A DNA stretch of 64,000 nt, taken from positions 4,588,001-4,652,000 of the forward strand of contig OX597820.1 in the NCBI GenBank assembly GCA_951406725.2, read 5' to 3'. Every line of letters begins with the position of its first letter. Within the stretch, counting starts at the first letter, position 1. The translations under genes were made by a program, and so were the position numbers. The notes beneath the pieces were generated by a model. The model was not told the DNA's origin. It did not search any database and worked only from the letters and a program-made list of their open reading frames with translations. Shown here piece by piece: positions 63,793 through 64,000 of this stretch. The stretch is from Octopus vulgaris (taxonomy: Eukaryota).

Positions 63793-64000
63793 GAGCAATG
63801 GTGAGTGATGGGTGAAAACAATGGAACCTAACCGTCAGAGACCCAGGGAGCGGTGAGGTGATGGTGAGGCTGGATCTTTGATCACTGGGCTTCACAGATG
63901 GGCTGATACAGTCCTGGGCGAAAGAGCAGTGATCCAGTCCGATCGTAGCTAAGGTAGGTCGAGGGTCTTCATGCCTTGTCACGAATGTTATCACTGTGTT

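Overview
This is eukaryotic, AT-rich, microsatellite-saturated genomic DNA. Its interspersed repeats resemble those of Octopus (my recognition, not verified by search). No complete protein-coding gene is present, and nearly all entries in the ORF track are artefacts of (TA)n/(CA)n/(CT)n/(CAT)n tracts or of repeats. The repeats include several tRNA-derived SINE families, many 5'-truncated copies of an RTE-type LINE 3' region, and LINE ORF2 fragments (RTE, RTE-BovB-like, CR1-like, R4/Dong-like). There are also a mariner remnant, hAT- and piggyBac-type MITEs, two non-autonomous Helitrons, and several Penelope-like terminal-repeat fragments carrying hammerhead ribozyme motifs. The most notable observations are four. 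(1) A set of type I hammerhead motifs: one fully canonical at 42905-42987, and several variants with altered cores. (2) A predicted pseudoknot plus three-way-junction module, tandemly amplified in the RTE-type 3' region. (3) A twin-priming-type inversion in an RTE element. (4) Many strong plus-strand splice acceptors in the unique islands, which may be alternative terminal exons and/or recursive splice sites of an unidentified host gene (low confidence).
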